A stretch of DNA of 54,023 bases, the filler included, from Basidiobolus ranarum (taxonomy: Eukaryota), in NCBI GenBank assembly GCA_040143965.1. It is 2 parts of 2 records of this genome, joined end to end, with 100 filler letters (N's around TTAATTAATTAA, not from the genome) between each part and the next. Parts side by side here need not be neighbours in the genome. Positions count along the whole stretch, not along the records: positions 27,075 to 54,023 come from JASJQH010000127.1; 1 more part is not named here. One strand, given 5' to 3'. Both the position numbers and the translations under genes were made by a program. Below, in pieces: positions 52,695 to 54,023 of the stretch. The notes under the pieces are model-generated. The model searched no databases. It was not told the DNA's origin and worked only from the letters and a program-made list of their open reading frames with translations. Position 1 is the stretch's first letter. Every line of letters begins with the position of its first letter.

Positions 52695-54023
52695 ATGATT
52701 GACTTAACCCTTGGTCAAGCAAACCCCAAGGTAGAAGCTTGCGAAAAAAGTATCCATGGTGAGTCTGTAGGCGGTCAAATAGCCACTTACTTTAAACATC
52801 AGTTTGCCTTGAAGCCTGTCATTCAACAAGACCCTCGAACATTTTCAAAAGTAAGAAAGGGACTTATCGTGGCTCAAGTTGGTATTGCTGGTATGCTAGG
52901 CCCTTTAGCATCTACAGTGTACTTTCCCGCTCTCCCTACCATTACTGCGGATATGAATGCATCTACCACGATGGTGAACGCTACTGTATCTTTATTCATA
53001 ATGTTCATGGGCATTGCTCCAGTTTTCTGGGCAAGTATATCGGATCATTATGGAATTCGACGAATGCTGTATTTAAGCTCAATCGCAATTTTCATCGGTG
53101 CTACTATCGGCTGTTCTTTTGCAAGTAATATTACCCTTGTGTTGATACTACGCTGTATACAAGCTTGTGGATCCAGTTCCCTGTTTAGTTTAGGTGCAGG
53201 AACTATCGCTGATTGTTTCGCTATTCACGAAAGAGGAACAGCAATGAGCTTACTTTTCTTAGGTCAATATCTTGGACCATTACTAGTAAGTTTACCAAAG
53301 CAAAGAACGGTATCTTTGTAGTCCAATGTATTAATCATTATTCCTATTTTGCAACTAGGGACCAACTATTGGCGGATTTTTAACTAGTGGATTTGGGTGG
53401 AGAGCCACTTTTTGGTTTTGTGCGATATTTGCTAGTATCATTTTGTTGGTAATGTTTTTCACATTACCCGAAACATATAGAGAGGAAAGTCAATGGCCAG
53501 CCTTACCTACTGATACTACTGAATTAAACCATAAACCCGAGTGTACAGTCCCTTCTGAAATTACGAGAGTGAATAACGCGACCGAGATTATAATCCCTGA
53601 ATCTAGATCAAATCTAGTTTCTATACCACCAAAGAGAATGAATCCAGTTGCCTCACTTGGGCTGCTCAGACATTGGTTTGTTGTTGTGGTCTCTATAGAA
53701 ACTGGAATATCCTTTGGGGCTATGTTTACCATAGAAACTGTTCTACCCGAACTATTTACCAATACTTATGGGTTGAATTCTGCTCAAACCGGGCTAACGT
53801 ACCTAGGTGCGGGATTTGGAAATATTTTTGGAAGCCTTGTCGGCGGATTCTTTTCTGATTTTTTTTTGCGACAAGCTGAAAAGCGAAGAGGTGGCAGTAA
53901 CGTTCCAGAAGATCGTTTATCATTGAACATGTGGATTAGTGGATATCTTTTCCTCCCAGGAGGAATATTACTATTTGGCTGGTCCGTATATTATGGAATA
54001 CATCTTGCTGTACCAATCATTGG
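52695..54023 (+). CDS. MFS transporter, DHA1 drug:H+ antiporter family (3' end outside window)
   Basis: STVYFPALP, SDHYGIRR (motif A), LRCIQACG, GAGTIAD...ERG, LGPLL/GPTIGG across intron 53286-53358, WRATFWF, LPETY and PEDRL. Confidence 0.93.

Overview
Eukaryotic, AT-rich, intron-containing fungal DNA. Short GT-AG introns and the gene repertoire suggest an early-diverging fungus, Basidiobolus/Zoopagomycota-like; this is inference only. About 14 protein-coding genes are supported: a partial C-terminally membrane-anchored coiled-coil protein, IMPACT/Yih1, a SIRT4-class sirtuin, a RUN-domain protein, CSN1, a Pho4/NUC-1-like bHLH factor, an OSCA/TMEM63 (PHM7/RSN1-like) channel, a CFEM-like secreted protein, a class 3 lipase, an IQ+BAG co-chaperone, a CBM18 protein, a CBM18-CE4 chitin deacetylase, a forkhead factor and a partial DHA1 MFS transporter. 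The most unusual structure is a non-coding ~330 bp repeat with TGTTRAA...TTYAACA termini and 5-bp target-site duplications (TSDs), which is solo-LTR-like. It occurs as about 12 full or partial copies in four clusters and inserts into itself. At two separate loci, closely spaced inverted pairs have CROSSED TSDs, the footprint of inversion of the spacer. A third locus is a fold-back duplication of a nested junction. A 100-bp assembly gap with an artificial linker lies at 26975-27074. No tRNA, rRNA or CRISPR array was recognised.
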